From the human T2T-CHM13v2.0 reference genome, Homo sapiens, in the NCBI RefSeq assembly GCF_009914755.1, contig NC_060931.1: 64,000 bases of DNA, one strand, 5' to 3'. The position numbers were made by a program, and so were the translations under genes. Of the stretch, positions 37,641-50,459 are shown piece after piece. Below the pieces are notes generated by a model that was not told the origin of the DNA, ran no database searches, and worked only from the letters and a program-made list of their open reading frames with translations. The stretch's first letter is position 1. Every line of letters starts with the position of its first letter.

Positions 37641-39789
37641 ATCTTGTTTATTGATTTTTAAAAAACTCATTAAATAGCATTGGGTTTAGTTCTCATCTGC
37701 AAAGAGGACCATAAGGGATGTCTCTTCACATTGGAAATAATTCAGAGTTATTCCCTCAAAAAGTTATGTAACCTTTAAAATGATATGATTGGTGAACAAA
37801 TTCTTGAATTTTTGCCAGACGTTGAAAGTAGAAAGGACAAAGGAGTATAGGTATGTATACAAAGAAATGGAAGTTTGATATAGGCAAAGATTTTTATCTG
37901 CATAATTCACTGCTGAATTCTTGGCATCTAGATTCACTGCTAAATTCTTAGCGTCTAAACCAGTGTCGGGAATATGGTAGGTTCTAATACGTGCAAGAAT
38001 GTTAAATACTGTAGTAATCAATTAAGGAAACAAAAAGCTAGGTTTGGGTATTTCTTTATTAAAATTTGTTTTGAGATATTTAAGATCCAAAGAGAATAAA
38101 AGGCAAATAATGTGAAAAACAAGTACCAAGGTATTTAAAACTATTCTATTTCTCTTAATATATTAGGTAAGAAAAACATTAAAGGGTGAGTTCACATTAG
38201 AGGAAAGCTCCCACTGATTCCACTTAGGACATCATCACATACACATGAAAGTAATATTCTTATTACTAGCAGAAACAAGTTCCTGCAATGTGCCTGAGAA
38301 AATTGAATTGCAAGCTAGATCAGACTCTTCTGGGAAAACTGAGTTTTAAGTTAGTTTGTACTCTCAGTGTATTCTATGTCAAAATCTGATGTCAATCCTC
38401 AATGAGAGACTTTCCAAGGGCAGAAATCATTGTGTTCCCTCTCAACTCATGAAATTTTAAAAGTATGTGTAATAGCAGAGGTCTTATGAAGAATGCCTAT
38501 CTTTTAATAAAGTAGAAATCTAGGGAGATAAAGATGTCATTTTATTTAAAAACTCTGATCTGATATCACCTTCTCTTCAGAAATAATGAAGAAACAGTAG
38601 GCAATCTAAAACATTTCTCCACTGGTAAAAACTCTGTAGACATTTGGCAGAATAAATGTAACCATTTAGACACATCAGCTACCCACATAAAGAGGACTCT
38701 GTATTATACAGATATCCTGGGATAAACACATGGTGTGTAAGCCTGGTTTCTACACTTTAATTGTGCTGTGTGTATTGTAAATGAGTGTATTTTGCTCCAG
38801 TCCTTGTTCCTTTGACCTTTTAGTGTCTTAATGAGACTCCAAAAGCAGCAATCAAAAGCACAGTGTTCCATTTTGGAAGCATTCAGAAAGCAATGCACTT
38901 TGGCTAAATTTAGTTGTAACATTCAGAATTTAAAAACACATCCTGCCATTTTTCTAGGAGACACATAGTTACTTATGATTTAAACAAATTGGTCAAATAA
39001 CAGTTGTTTCCTCTTAGTTCACTCATGTAAACAAAAGTGGGGGCTGGGGGCTGACAATAACAAAATTGACTCATGTAAGACTTTTTAATAGATGCAACTC
39101 AGACATGCTCATTTTGCAGGACATCAGACAAAGGAAACTTTGTGTTCATTTAAAAAACTTCTTTCTCAAAAAGCACAAATAACAATTAAAATTGAAACAA
39201 CAGAACTGGAAGCTGAAAGCACTGACAATTGCTCACGTTGAGGAAATATTGTCTGATTTATCAAGACTTGCATTTGGAACAATCTTCAGGAAATAAATGA
39301 ATATTAGAGAGAAAAGGAGAATCAAACTTAAAAACAGCATTTCATCTCCTAAATTATAACATGGAAAATGTACATCTTCAAGAATTCAAAAGCCTGTTCA
39401 TTTTAAACAATTGCCCTGATTTTAAAGTAGATGTTTATGGTACATAGTCAGAAATCTTTTTCTGTACAACATAATCTAAAAGAGCACAACAAGCCACAAA
39501 ATTTCAGCAGTTCCGCTCCACAAAATTAAATCAAGGCAATGTGAAACATTCCCAGGTAACAGGGACCAGATACTGTTTGGAAATTTTAACAAAACCTTAG
39601 TATAATCTCGCTTTCCTCACCGGAAAGCTATATTGCAAAAGCAGCTGTCTTTAATTTTTAATTTTTGTTTTATTATGGGTAAGAACACTTAGATGAGATC
39701 TACCCTCTTAACAAATGTTTGAGTGTATAACACAGTATTGTTGACTACAGGTCAGTGCGTGCTTTTACATCCATATGATATTCTTTAGC

Positions 39790-40095
39790 TTTGAAGGCCA
39801 TTTTCTGTCTTTTCTGCCTGAAAAGCTTCTACTCACCCTTCAATACCTAGCTCAGTTATCACCTGCCTTGGGAAGCCTCATAACATGTAATAAACACTCA
39901 ACTGTCTGCTCTGTGGGCCTTTAGATTGTTGCTCAGACTTCTATTATTAGCTTTAACACACTGTATTTTCATAATTGTTTACATGTACTACATGAAGTCT
40001 GAACACTGAGAATTATGCTTCTTTCATCTTTAAAAATGCCATGGCTAAGTGTCTAACATGGGTTCAGTACATTTTTGTTAACCATACGAATGAAC
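39790..40095 (+). mobile_element. L2 3' fragment
   Basis: ctactcacccttcaatacctagctcagttatcacc...gggaagcct...ends gaatgaa. Confidence 0.55.
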
Positions 40096-40097
40096 TA

Positions 40098-40331
40098 TCT
40101 TTTAAAATACTTCAATAGCTATTAGGGTACAAGGTTTTGGGTTACATGGATGAATTTCATAGTAGTGAATTCTGAGGTCTTAGCACACCTGTCTCCTGAG
40201 TAGTGTACCCTGTACCCGGTATGTAGATTTTTATCACCCACCTCTTAATCTTCCCCCTTCTGAGTCTCCAATGCCCATTATACCACTCTGTGTGCCTTTG
40301 TGTACCCATAGCTTAGCTTCCACTTACAAAT
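40098..40331 (-). mobile_element. L1PB3/4 3' UTR fragment
   Basis: ttcaatagct...ggttacatggatgaatt...cccatagcttagcttccactta. Confidence 0.75.
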
Positions 40332-41636
40332 TATCTTAAAATGTTGTGCAGCAGATCTCTATAATTTACTCATATCACTCACCTGAAAGTTTATGCCCAT
40401 TGATAATTAACTCCCCATTTTCCCCATCCACCAGCCCTTGGCAACTGCCATTTCACTCTTTAATTCTATCAATTTGACTATTTAAGATACCTCATATAGG
40501 GGGAATGAAGCAGTATGTGTCTTTCTGTGACTGGCTTATTTCACTCAGCATAATGTCTTTAAGGTTCATCCATGTCATTGCTTCTTGCAGAATTTCCCTC
40601 TTTTCAAAGGCTAAATAGTGGTACTCTGTTTTCTAAATATACCACATTTTCTAAAAAATACTAATAAATAAATAAGCAGGTCTCTAAGATGAGAGTAAAC
40701 AAAATTGGAAATGAAAAGAAAAGCTGGGCTGGTGCCTTAGACAATAAGGTTGCCTGCTGACCTTGGTGCAGAGACTCGTTAACCTGCAGTGTTAGAATCC
40801 AGTGCTTAAGGGAGGGAGTAAAAGGAAAGGGATTAGGAAAGTTGTGCCCTGTGCCTGGCCTCCTGCTCTTATGATCCAACTATATCCATGAATCCATGAG
40901 GCAGTGTCAGTGGTTGGTCAGGCCTGCTTGGGGGAGAGGCTCAGGGGAGAGAAGGGAAGGAAGAGAGAAGAGAGAAACATGGACCTCAGATCACTTTCTT
41001 TATCACCAGTGTAGATTGGTTAGCATAAAATTAAAGCCATTTCCCAATCCTCTCTGCCACTCCTTCTAACAAACATGAAATATATTTCTACTCAACTATA
41101 AAAATATCTACTTGATTGTAAGTCTGAAATTCCTACTGCCTATAAGCTTGGAGATTGGAAAAAGTTGACCATAATTACACATTACATACAACAAGTGAGA
41201 GAGCCAAAGTGAAACCTGAATCAGGTGTCTTCCAAACCACACTGTTTCCACCTAACTATAGCAGAGAGCTCCTAATAACACCAGGGGTGGGCGCTGTGTG
41301 AGGAAAGCCCACAAAACAAAGTCTAAATAAGCAGAAAACTCACCAACAGCTTACAAATATTTAAGACTTCCCGAATAACTCAGCGTATGGTAGTAAAGTT
41401 CCATTTGAACAAATTCTGGAAATAGCTGTATCTGTTAGTACGTAACAGGTGTTAGAATCAGAACGTAGATGCAGGAATGTTTGTAAGAACTGAATTGAGT
41501 TCTATAGGGTGTCTTCTGGCATGGCAGTTTTATTTCAAGAAACGTTTTAATTTCAAAGGCATAATTTCAGAAATAAGCAAATTACAAGAATGAATATAGA
41601 GAAATTGCACCAAAGGACATTGATAAAAATCTTCCC

Positions 41637-41927
41637 GGCCGGGCACGGTGGCTCATGCCTGTAATCCCAGCACTTTGGGAGGCCAAGGCAGGTGTATCAC
41701 GAGGTCAGGAGTTCGAGACCAACATGGCCAACATGGTGAAACCCCATCTCTCCTAAAAATACAAAAATTAGCTGGGCGTGGTGGCAGGTGCCTGTAATCC
41801 CAGCTACTCGGGAGGCTGAGGCAGGAGAATTGCTGTACTGGGGAGGCAGAAGTTGCAGTGAGCCGAGATCGTGCCACTGCTCTTCAGCCTGGGCAACAGA
41901 GCAAGACTCCATCGAAAAAAAAAAAAA
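41637..41927 (+). mobile_element. AluSg-like
   Basis: Full dimer, tcacgaggtcaggagttcgag, A tail, imperfect TSD aaaaatc(tt/cta)ccc. Confidence 0.9.
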
Positions 41928-41959
41928 TCCTACCCTGTACCCTAAAATCCACAAATCTG

Positions 41960-42323
41960 TTTCCAGGGGCTGGCACTGGGAAGGACAGAAGGTGTTAGTC
42001 AAAGGATACAAAGTTTCAATTATACATGAGAAATAAGTCTTAGAGATTTACTGCACAGCATAGCCTATGGTTAACAATACTGTACTGTATATTTTGTAAT
42101 TTGCTAAGAGGATTTATCTTATGTTAAGTGTTCTTATCACAAATAATAATAATAAAAAATAAGAGGGCAGGAGGAAACTTGGATGTGATGAACAGGTTAA
42201 TGGCATAAATTGTGGTGTTGTTTTCACGGGTGTATACTTATCTTCAAACTCATCAACTTGGTGTACATTCAATAGGTACAGCTTTTTGTATGTCAACCAT
42301 AACTCAATGAAGTGGCTTTAAAA
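41960..42323 (+). mobile_element. L1MB2-like 3' UTR
   Basis: caaaggatacaaagtttca...tatgttaagtgttcttatcac...gtacagctttttgtatgtcaa. Confidence 0.7.
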
Positions 42324-42529
42324 TCAACAGAGAAAACACTTAGAATTGTGAGAACACAGGTTCAAACCATAATCAGGTAAGTATTATTGTCTACCATATA
42401 AATATTTGTTTGCAAAAGAAAAAATAATATATTAATAAAAACAGAATGATTTGGGGAGACTAAGGCCATAAATCTAAAACGTATGCGCAGGCATGGCCTG
42501 CTATCTTTTAAAAAAGAGAGAAATAGAAC

Positions 42530-42775
42530 ACAACAGAACACAGAGGTTAAGACCAAGGACTGTGGAGTCAGGCCAACCTAGGGCTACTTCTTTCACCTAC
42601 CCTTTACTGATTATGTGGCCTTGAGTAATCAATTATACCATTTCAATCCCAGGTTTATTATCTTTAAAATGAAAGTAAGAAAATTATCTCATTGCGTTCT
42701 TATTGGATTAAGGCAAACAATGTGTATAAATTATTTAGAACAATGTCTGGCATATAGAAAGACTCAATTAATCTG
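42530..42775 (+). mobile_element. MIR
   Basis: gaggttaagaccaaggactgtggagtcag...gtggccttgagtaa...agaacaatgtctggcatatag. Confidence 0.7.
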
Positions 42776-43080
42776 AGTTTGAATTATTTTTCAGTTTCTC
42801 ATCTTCAACCAGAAAATTAGAAAAATATAGCAATATTCATTTTGGATCAGACAATCCATCTCTATATTCTGCTTCTGAGTGTAGAATCAAAAGGCATGTT
42901 ATGGAAGAACATGACAGTCACTCTCCATGCCCCAGTATCCTGGTATGGAGCTCTATGGAATTGATCTAAGCTATTATTTTGATAATAATAATCAAAAGAT
43001 TATGACTGTCTTCAAGGTCACAGTTTCTTTCTTTTCCCTTCTCTGTAAATAAATGTTTTCTTTAAAATGTGCATTTAAAA

Positions 43081-43184
43081 GTACTGGCTTTGGCAGCACA
43101 TATACTAAAATTAGAATGAAGCAGAGATTAGCACTGCTCCTGCACAAAGATGACATGCAAATTGATGAAGTTTTCCATACTTTT
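43081..43184 (+). pseudogene. RNU6 pseudogene: U6 snRNA retropseudogene, fused to an L1MB 3' end
   Basis: gtactggctttggcagcacatatactaaaattagaatg...gattagca...gatgacatgcaaattgatgaagttttccatactttt aligns to full-length U6. Confidence 0.9.
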
Positions 43185-43324
43185 ATGAAAAGAGTTCTAG
43201 ATACAAATGGCAGTGATGGCTGCACAACAGTATGCACATACTTAATATCCCTGGGCTGTACACTGAAAAAAATGATTAAAATGTTATATTTTATGTGCAT
43301 TTTACTATAATAGAAAATATAAGA
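43185..43324 (+). mobile_element. L1MB3/4-like 3' terminus (chimera partner)
   Basis: atgaaaagagttctaga...gtgatggctgcacaaca...tacttaat...ctgtacactgaaaaaaatg; A-rich tail. Confidence 0.8.
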
Positions 43325-44049
43325 AAAATGAGCATTAAAAGTGCTTTATTAAGAAGATTCCAAGCTCTTAAAATACTCATCCTTTGTCAACAATTTTACA
43401 TATTTAAATGGCCATAGAATGGCTAACTTGCTGTTCCACAGTTACTGAGCAAGGTAGAGGCAAATACAGCATTGAAATTCTGAATATTGCAATCTGAAGA
43501 GACTGAGAAGGGCAGGCTGAGTTTTGTTTATTTATTTATGCTGCTACATAACAGCACATAAGAATATTTGTAGAATCATCTGTTGTGACTGAATTTGCCA
43601 CTATTGTATTTTTTATACTCAGACCTGCTAGACAAGAGATAGTAATCAAAGTATAATTATGTTTCAGGTTGATGCCTAAACAGCAATGTAAAACATTTTA
43701 AATGTTCTTATGTTGTTTATTTTTCTGTACAGAATTGACTAGAAAGTGTTTCTACAGACAAAAATTGCTGATTTAAACAACTTATAAGTAAGCATAAAAC
43801 ATGAAAGCAAATTTCCACCAAGTGAGAGTTTACAAGTCCTATTGTAGTTTTCATTCATCCATAATTTGGCCTTCCATCAAGCAACAAGTATGGTGATACA
43901 TGCTTTTGGAAAAGAGTAAAATTGTTTTCCATTTTTTTCTTGCAATCTTAAGATAACAGTCTCATATTTTCAATATCAATTTGACTTCTAGGGGCATGTG
44001 TATTCTTAAACTTTGCATTCCTTTCTGTTGCAACAGATGAATTTTCCCT

Positions 44050-45150
44050 GTATTCACCAACTGCCCATTGCTTTGCTTTCTTTTATAACTCAAACTAGTT
44101 GAAAGAGTTATCTCAACTTTCTCACCTCCCACTGTCTACTCAGCACACTTCAATTTATTAGTGCCTCCATCTTGCTCAGCCCAGTGATCAATTCTCAATC
44201 TTCATCTTACTGGTTGATAGCAGGTTTGCTAGCAGCATTTGACACACTCGCTTCCTCATTGACATGGTTTTAACACTCTATCCTCTAAAGTTTTCTGCTT
44301 CTTAACCAGCCTCTCATTCTCAGTCTTCTCTGCTGTCTCTTTTCCCTCTTTCTAGTCCTAAATGTCGTGGTGCCCCAGGACTCAGCCCAGGGTTCCATTT
44401 CCTTTTCTATCAATACATTCTTTATGGCTCTCATCCAATCTCCTCATGCAAACACCATCTTTTTGCCAGTGAATACCAAATGTACGTATCCAGCCCTGAC
44501 ACCCCAGGCTTATATATCCAACAGCATATTGATCATCTCCATTGGGGGTCTACAAGGCATCTGCCCAAAGCCACAATCTTAACAACTCCCTCCAGAGCCT
44601 GCCCCTTCCAAATTTCTCTATTTGATTTAGTTGCAAAGTCCAAAAACCCAGAAGTTATTCTTGAATAACTTTCCCACTCCCTGCAACAAATCTATCAGCA
44701 AGTCTTACCATCTATATGTACAAACATTTCCAAAATCCAATCACTCACCCCACTGCTACAAGCCTTGTGTAAGCCATCATCAACTGTTATGTTACTCAAA
44801 GAGTGCGATAGTCTTCTCCTCAGTGTCCCTGTTTCCATTCCTGCCCTCCTGTGGCTTATTCTCTACAGAGCAGCCAGAGCTTTTCAAAACAAAATCAGAT
44901 TATACCACTGCTCTACTCAAAACCTACCAGGATCTAGACGTCACACTTAAACTAAAGTCAAACTGCTTGCAGCCTCCTGATCTGACCCTAGCCATCTTCC
45001 AGATCTTACCTCCTACCATCTGCTCCTCCCATCTCTCATTGATCTAAGCCAAATCGTCCTTATTATTCCCAAACATGCCAATGTGTTCCCCACCACAGGG
45101 CTATTTACTGGCACATAGTAGGTTTTTTGATAAATATTTACTAAATGAAG
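44050..45150 (+). mobile_element. L2 fragments
   Basis: cagcatttgacaca, gtgccccaggactcag, caaatctatcagcaagtc, ggcacatagtagg...aaatatttactaaatgaa. Confidence 0.7.
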
Positions 45151-45231
45151 GATTGCAAGCTGGACTGTTAGTCTTCTCTGCTTTCACTTTCATTTCGTTT
45201 TCCTTTGTACCACTTCATGTAGTCACTGTTC

Positions 45232-45291
45232 ATGTAATGTAATGTAATGTAATGTAATGTAATGTAATGTAATGTAATGTAATGTAATGTA
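45232..45291. repeat. (ATGTA)12 pentanucleotide repeat
   Basis: Direct count. Confidence 0.95.
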
Positions 45292-46834
45292 AGTCATGTA
45301 ATGCTTCATGTAGCATTACAGCCAGAAAAGAATATTGTCAGTATTATTTTAGGGTTAATCACTATGGCATATTCAGAGTGTTTCTTTTTCAAATGACAGA
45401 CCAAAAGTAAGGAGTGGTTGTCTTGATTTAAGGCAGCCTGAGAGGCATGTCTTGAAAAGTTATCTCTATTTAAGATTCATTTAAAAAGCTTGCAGAGGTA
45501 CAGCAGATCTAAACCTCAAGTTTCTGTTGGGTGATCTGCTGCCTTGATAGTTGAACTGATTAGAGCTATGCTAATAGTTTGCATTTGAACCAATATCATA
45601 CTCATCTTTTAACCAGGGAAGATTTTTCCTCTGATCAGTTCTTACTCTGGCCTTTCCTCCCCCAATATATCTTCCTTAAGTTGAGGAAGGCTAAAATGTT
45701 GATGCAGATACCAGTCTTAGTTTTCTCTACCATCCTTCTACAACCCATAGTCACCTTCTCTAACAAAACTTTTTTTCCCCAAAATATGCAGGTTCAAAAC
45801 TTTATCTCACAGATATTAATTGAATTCTTACTTGATGTCAGACATTATGTCATCCCTGATGATATAAAATATGTAAACAATAGTTTAACCTGTGTCTATA
45901 TTGCCATCATTCCCTTAAATTTCTCGAAAGAAAATTACTATATAAATCTAAATATTTTGCAATCTTTAACTTATTCTGTGTGTTCCCTGAGGTTCCATCT
46001 AAACTTCCGTCATTCTCTATATTCCTATCTTTTAACCATCTATTACATTTTCACTGCATATTATAAGATCTCAGTAAATTATACTGACTGGCTTCTCCTA
46101 TGATGTTCCTTTGCCTACAGTCTTCAATTTTGCATCTACCAAACTACTTTCCACCTCAAATTCAAAAGCCAACCCAAATTCTGATTAATCTAATAAAACC
46201 AAGTATCCAGATACTAAAAGCCTTTATTTAAAAGAAGCCAGTGCACCTACTGTGAGCACTGTACGTGCAGTCCTGGGCAAGGCCAGGTGTTGTCTTCAGA
46301 GCCTGACAATCTATTGGGTGGACATAAATAAATGGACTATGAGTATAATGCCTATGACTTAAGATAAATTATAAAATGTAGAAATTACATTCAGCTGAGA
46401 GATCCAGAAGGGCTTTTTAAAGGTAGCATGTGTATTAAGTTGTAAAAAGTGAGCAGAATTTTGATTGGTACAAATAACTGAGCATCCAGACCAAGAGGCT
46501 AGTATGAGGAAAGACCCACAAGAGATGAAAGATCCTAAAGGATGATCCCTCTATCCTGTGGCAGCAAATGTCAGAAGCAACTGGGCTTTCTGAAATCTCA
46601 TTCAGCTTGTAGGCAAGATTATCTTCCAGACTGTACTGGATGTTTGTTTGATGATAATAATGACAGCTGAACAATATAGAGTCACTCTTCTGGCTCAATA
46701 TTTGAGTGGCATTGGCAGTATCAAGACAGTGTATCTCTTTCTCAAAGTGAATGACAGAGAAAATCGTATTAACACAGGTGGAAAGCATTCTTCAAAAATA
46801 ACGTGAAGCCCAGCATGGCGTGGGCAGGTGTTAC

Positions 46835-46960
46835 CTGGGGCTGGAAAATGACAACAGGAGTCGGACTGTGTTCCAGAGTTTCAACCACAATAACAGAGTG
46901 ATGGCTTATTTGAGCCGAAGGAGAAAACTAACTCTTGACAGCATGACACGGCTATAAACA
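46835..46960 (-). other. Candidate 126-bp non-coding exon
   Basis: Minus strand: tcttttttctttcag acceptor and CAG|gtaaca donor; stops in all three frames. Confidence 0.3.
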
Positions 46961-47239
46961 CTGAAAGAAAAAAGATGTAATCGGGTGTTCTTATCATTCT
47001 CTTCGTAATGCTTTTCAAGCTAGTACATACAGAATACACTATGGGAGACTCGGGATATGTACAAACACTCTCAGTGCTAAGCAAGGTGGGAAAGAAGCAA
47101 AGTGAGTGTTGGCTTTCCCCCATTTTCGCTATGAGAGCCCTTCTGTCCTTTCAGGAACTCCTTCCTCAGTCTCCCTGCTGCCACTTTTACCCATATCCTC
47201 CCCCAATTATATTTCTTGTTGTAAACAGAAATAGAAGTA

Positions 47240-47559
47240 CGGTCAGCCCTCTGTATCCATGGGTCCTATATCCATGGATTCAACCAACCACAGGCAGAAA
47301 ATATTTCTTAAAATAAAAAATAACAATACAACAATAAAAAATAACATAAACTTTAAAATACAGTATAAAGTTATTTACATAGCATTTACATTACTATTAA
47401 GTATCATCACTAGTATAGAGATGATTAAAATTACACAGGAGAATTGCACAAGTTGTATGAAAATGCCATGCCATTTTTTGTAAGGGACTTGAGCATCTGC
47501 AAATTTTTGTATCCACAAGGGTCCTGAACAAATTCCCTGCTGATATGAAAGAACAGCTG
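47240..47559 (-). mobile_element. MER2
   Basis: Reverse-complement match to 970-1279; TA flanks at 47238-47239 and 47560-47561. Confidence 0.85.
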
Positions 47560-47968
47560 TAGTCATTTTGAGTTCAATGTCTTTCCACAGAGCATGCCAA
47601 AATGGTAACACGTTAGCCCTACCTATTTCTAGTCTTGGCCCTGAAAATTACACCTAGCAATTATAAAAGAAAGATTTTTTAATTAAAAAAGTAAAAAAAG
47701 AGAAAGACACAAGGAAAAGTAGCTGTATGTTTTCACAGGAGGCTGTGGAAGGGTCCACAGTATTTCTAAGGCATTTGAGTACTGTAATGTGAGTCATGGC
47801 TCCATGAGTCAAGCTCCTTACAGCCATAATTTCTTCCATTACTTTTACTGTAGTATGTTGTCACACAATAAAGCATGGTTCTTTTAATGGGAAATGTTCC
47901 ATTCAGGACCATGTATTCAGGTGGCATTACCTAATAAAGTGGATGGGTGACATTGTATTTACTTTAGG

Positions 47969-48155
47969 GCAAAGTTCCTCAGCCTGGTCTGGGGTGGGAT
48001 GGGGTCTACAGATGAACTTCAAAACGACTGTGAACCAACTGAAATTGTACATAAATTACGGGCATGAGATTTTTCTCATAAGAGCCTCTATGGTTTTTTT
48101 TCTTTTTAAATATTTTCAAAAGGATACGTAGCCTCCAAAATTATAAAGACTACTG
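47969..48155 (+). mobile_element. hAT-Charlie MITE (MER103C-like)
   Basis: caaagttcctcagcctgg...ttttcaaaaggatacgtagcctccaaaattataaagactactg. Confidence 0.4.
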
Positions 48156-48167
48156 CTCTAGAGAAAG

Positions 48168-48596
48168 TATATTAGTTTTTTAAGGGTGTCATAACAAAGT
48201 ACCACAAACTGGGTAGGTTAACCAATGCAAATCTATTGTTTCACAGTTTTGGAGGCTAGAAGTCTAAAATAAAGATGTTGACAGAGTTGGTTCCCTCTGA
48301 GGACTATGAGGGCAGGGTCTGTTCCAGGCCTGCCTCCTTGGCTTGTAGATGGCTTATAGATGACTGTCTTCATGTTCTCATGGCATTCCCTCCATATGCG
48401 CATCTATTTACACAAGGAAACCAGACATACTGGGTTATGGGTCCACCCTATCTCTATATGACCGTACCTTAATTGATTGCATCCACAAGAACCCTGTTTC
48501 CAAATAAAACCATGTTCTGGCGTACTGGAGGTTAAAACTTCAACATATGAATGGCAGGGGTTGAAGAGTATGAGGGACACAAATCAGCCTGCAGCA
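48168..48596 (-). mobile_element. MLT1B/C solo LTR
   Basis: cataacaaagtaccacaaactgggt...tggaggctagaagtc...tttccaaataa...cttcaacatatgaat. Confidence 0.8.
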
Positions 48597-48828
48597 GGAA
48601 GCACAGGAGTGAGGGTAAGATATCTGTTCTCCCATCCTAAGCACACACCCACCCCCACCCACCCCTGGAAAGGCAGCGTGTACATAGGCCTAGGAGAATA
48701 GCATAACTTCTACATCCTGATATGAATATCTTTATATAAACATTAGTCCTAATAGGGTAAATGATTTAATACATGTAAAACTCATAGAAATGCCTGCCTG
48801 GTACACAGTATATGTTAGAAAAATATTT

Positions 48829-49019
<191 letters not shown>

Positions 49020-50231
49020 TAAATATTTATCACCATTTATACAGATAAGCTGGTGACCTCCTGTTTCACTATCAACCCCTTTTCACTCACATATGAACCA
49101 GATATGTTCTGAATTTCCCTGAGCTTTTATCTTACTGACAACTATCTGTTGCAGCCTTCTCAGGAGCTGGAAGCATCTAGTATCCTATATATATCATGTT
49201 GCTAAAAATTCAATAGGCACCTTTTACCTCGGTATAACCCCCTTATAGTCACAGTGTTACAGGTTCATGACACAAACCTGAGCTGCTAAAGAAGAGGTCA
49301 ACAGGAGGCTGTAAACCCCTTTTTGTGGGAGAGCTTTCTCTGCCATGCCCAATGCCAAGTACACATCTTGATGCTTAAGCAAGCAAATGCTACTTTTCTT
49401 TGTTCTTTGTACCTGACTCAGAAAGAGGTGAAGTTGATTCCATTTGACAAAAATTATTTTCACTATTCCTTCAGAGGACTTTCCACATCTAAATACAGTT
49501 CAGATTCTTTTTATGTTTCTAGATGTTCTTGTAACTTTCTGTGGCTATTGCACAGTGAACATTTGTATTCTTTCCTTGAAAATGTATTTATCATTTTCAA
49601 CATGTTGTTCTAGCTCAAGGGTGAACTATTAATGATAAAATAGCTTTTTTGTTTTCTAAGAAAAATTATGTTCCTAAATTTTTATATCTTTAATTTACAT
49701 TTTTCTAGATGTATGATTACATCAGAAACTTTATATTAGTCCCAGTAAATAATAACAAGCTTATCTATTTAATTTCATTCAATAATTATTTAATTTTCAC
49801 CACGTCCTGAGAAATGTACTTGTCACCAAAGATACAAAGAAAAACAAAGCAAGACTGCAGTTTCAGGGACTAACAGCTATTGGTTGTCATTGTGCCACAC
49901 ATTTTATAAAGATTTGTGCTTGTTACATCACTTAATATCAGCATATGAGAAAATATGTAAAGGACGAAAGAGACTTATAAAGATTACACATCTGGCAAAA
50001 TGGCAAAGTCTAACTGTCCAACTACAGCCCTTGGTGTTTTATTACATTACCTTATTTATTATATAAATATTATTAAGAATCTACTATTAATGTCCAGGCA
50101 GAGTGCTAAGCACTGCAAATAAAATGGTAGTTAAAACACAGCCATAATCACTACCCACATAAAGCTTAGAATCTAATGAAGGAGGTATAATAAACAAATA
50201 ATCAGTCCAATTCATTTAAAATTTTTTATTT

Positions 50232-50310
50232 TTATTTTATTTTTTTATTATTATACTTTAAGTTTTAGGGTACATGTGCACAATGTGCAGGTTAGTTACA
50301 TATGTATACA
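50232..50310 (-). mobile_element. Very short young L1PA2/3 3' tip
   Basis: ttatactttaagttttagggtacatgtgcacaatgtgcaggttagttacatatgtataca; near-TSD taaaattttt(t)attt at 50217 and 50311. Confidence 0.85.
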
Positions 50311-50459
50311 TAAAATTTTTATTTTAAAATACACTCTAGAAAGGATAGAAATACATGCTTCTATAGAGAGCCTTTAGTATTCAATTGACTTAGGTCCTAA
50401 GAGAAGTCAGAGAAGCGTTCTCAGTAGAAGTGACATGGAACTCAATCTAACTACATTGA

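Larger units (their letters stand above)
39650..40655 (-). mobile_element. L1MB1/L1MA10-like 3' end in two pieces (39650-39752 and 40340-40655)
   Basis: gagatctaccctcttaacaaat...ttgactacagg continues as aatgttgtgcagcagatctct...ttctgtgactggcttatttcactcagcataatg. Confidence 0.7.

Noticed and set aside
39753-40331. L2-containing segment as a 3' transduction of the antisense L1PB
   Set aside because: No poly(T) or TSD at 39753, and the L1PB has its own short tatctt-like duplication at its two ends
45579-46103. 174 aa ORF
   Set aside because: Non-ATG start, AT-driven composition and no recognisable motif; likely chance
46435-46788. 117 aa minus-strand ORF in unique DNA
   Set aside because: No recognisable domain or supporting exon structure; would need BLASTP or PhyloCSF support
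970-47559. Two MER2 copies in inverted orientation (and two MER33 copies) as ends of a composite element
   Set aside because: Each is a self-contained MITE of a high-copy family with no shared outer TSD; independent insertions
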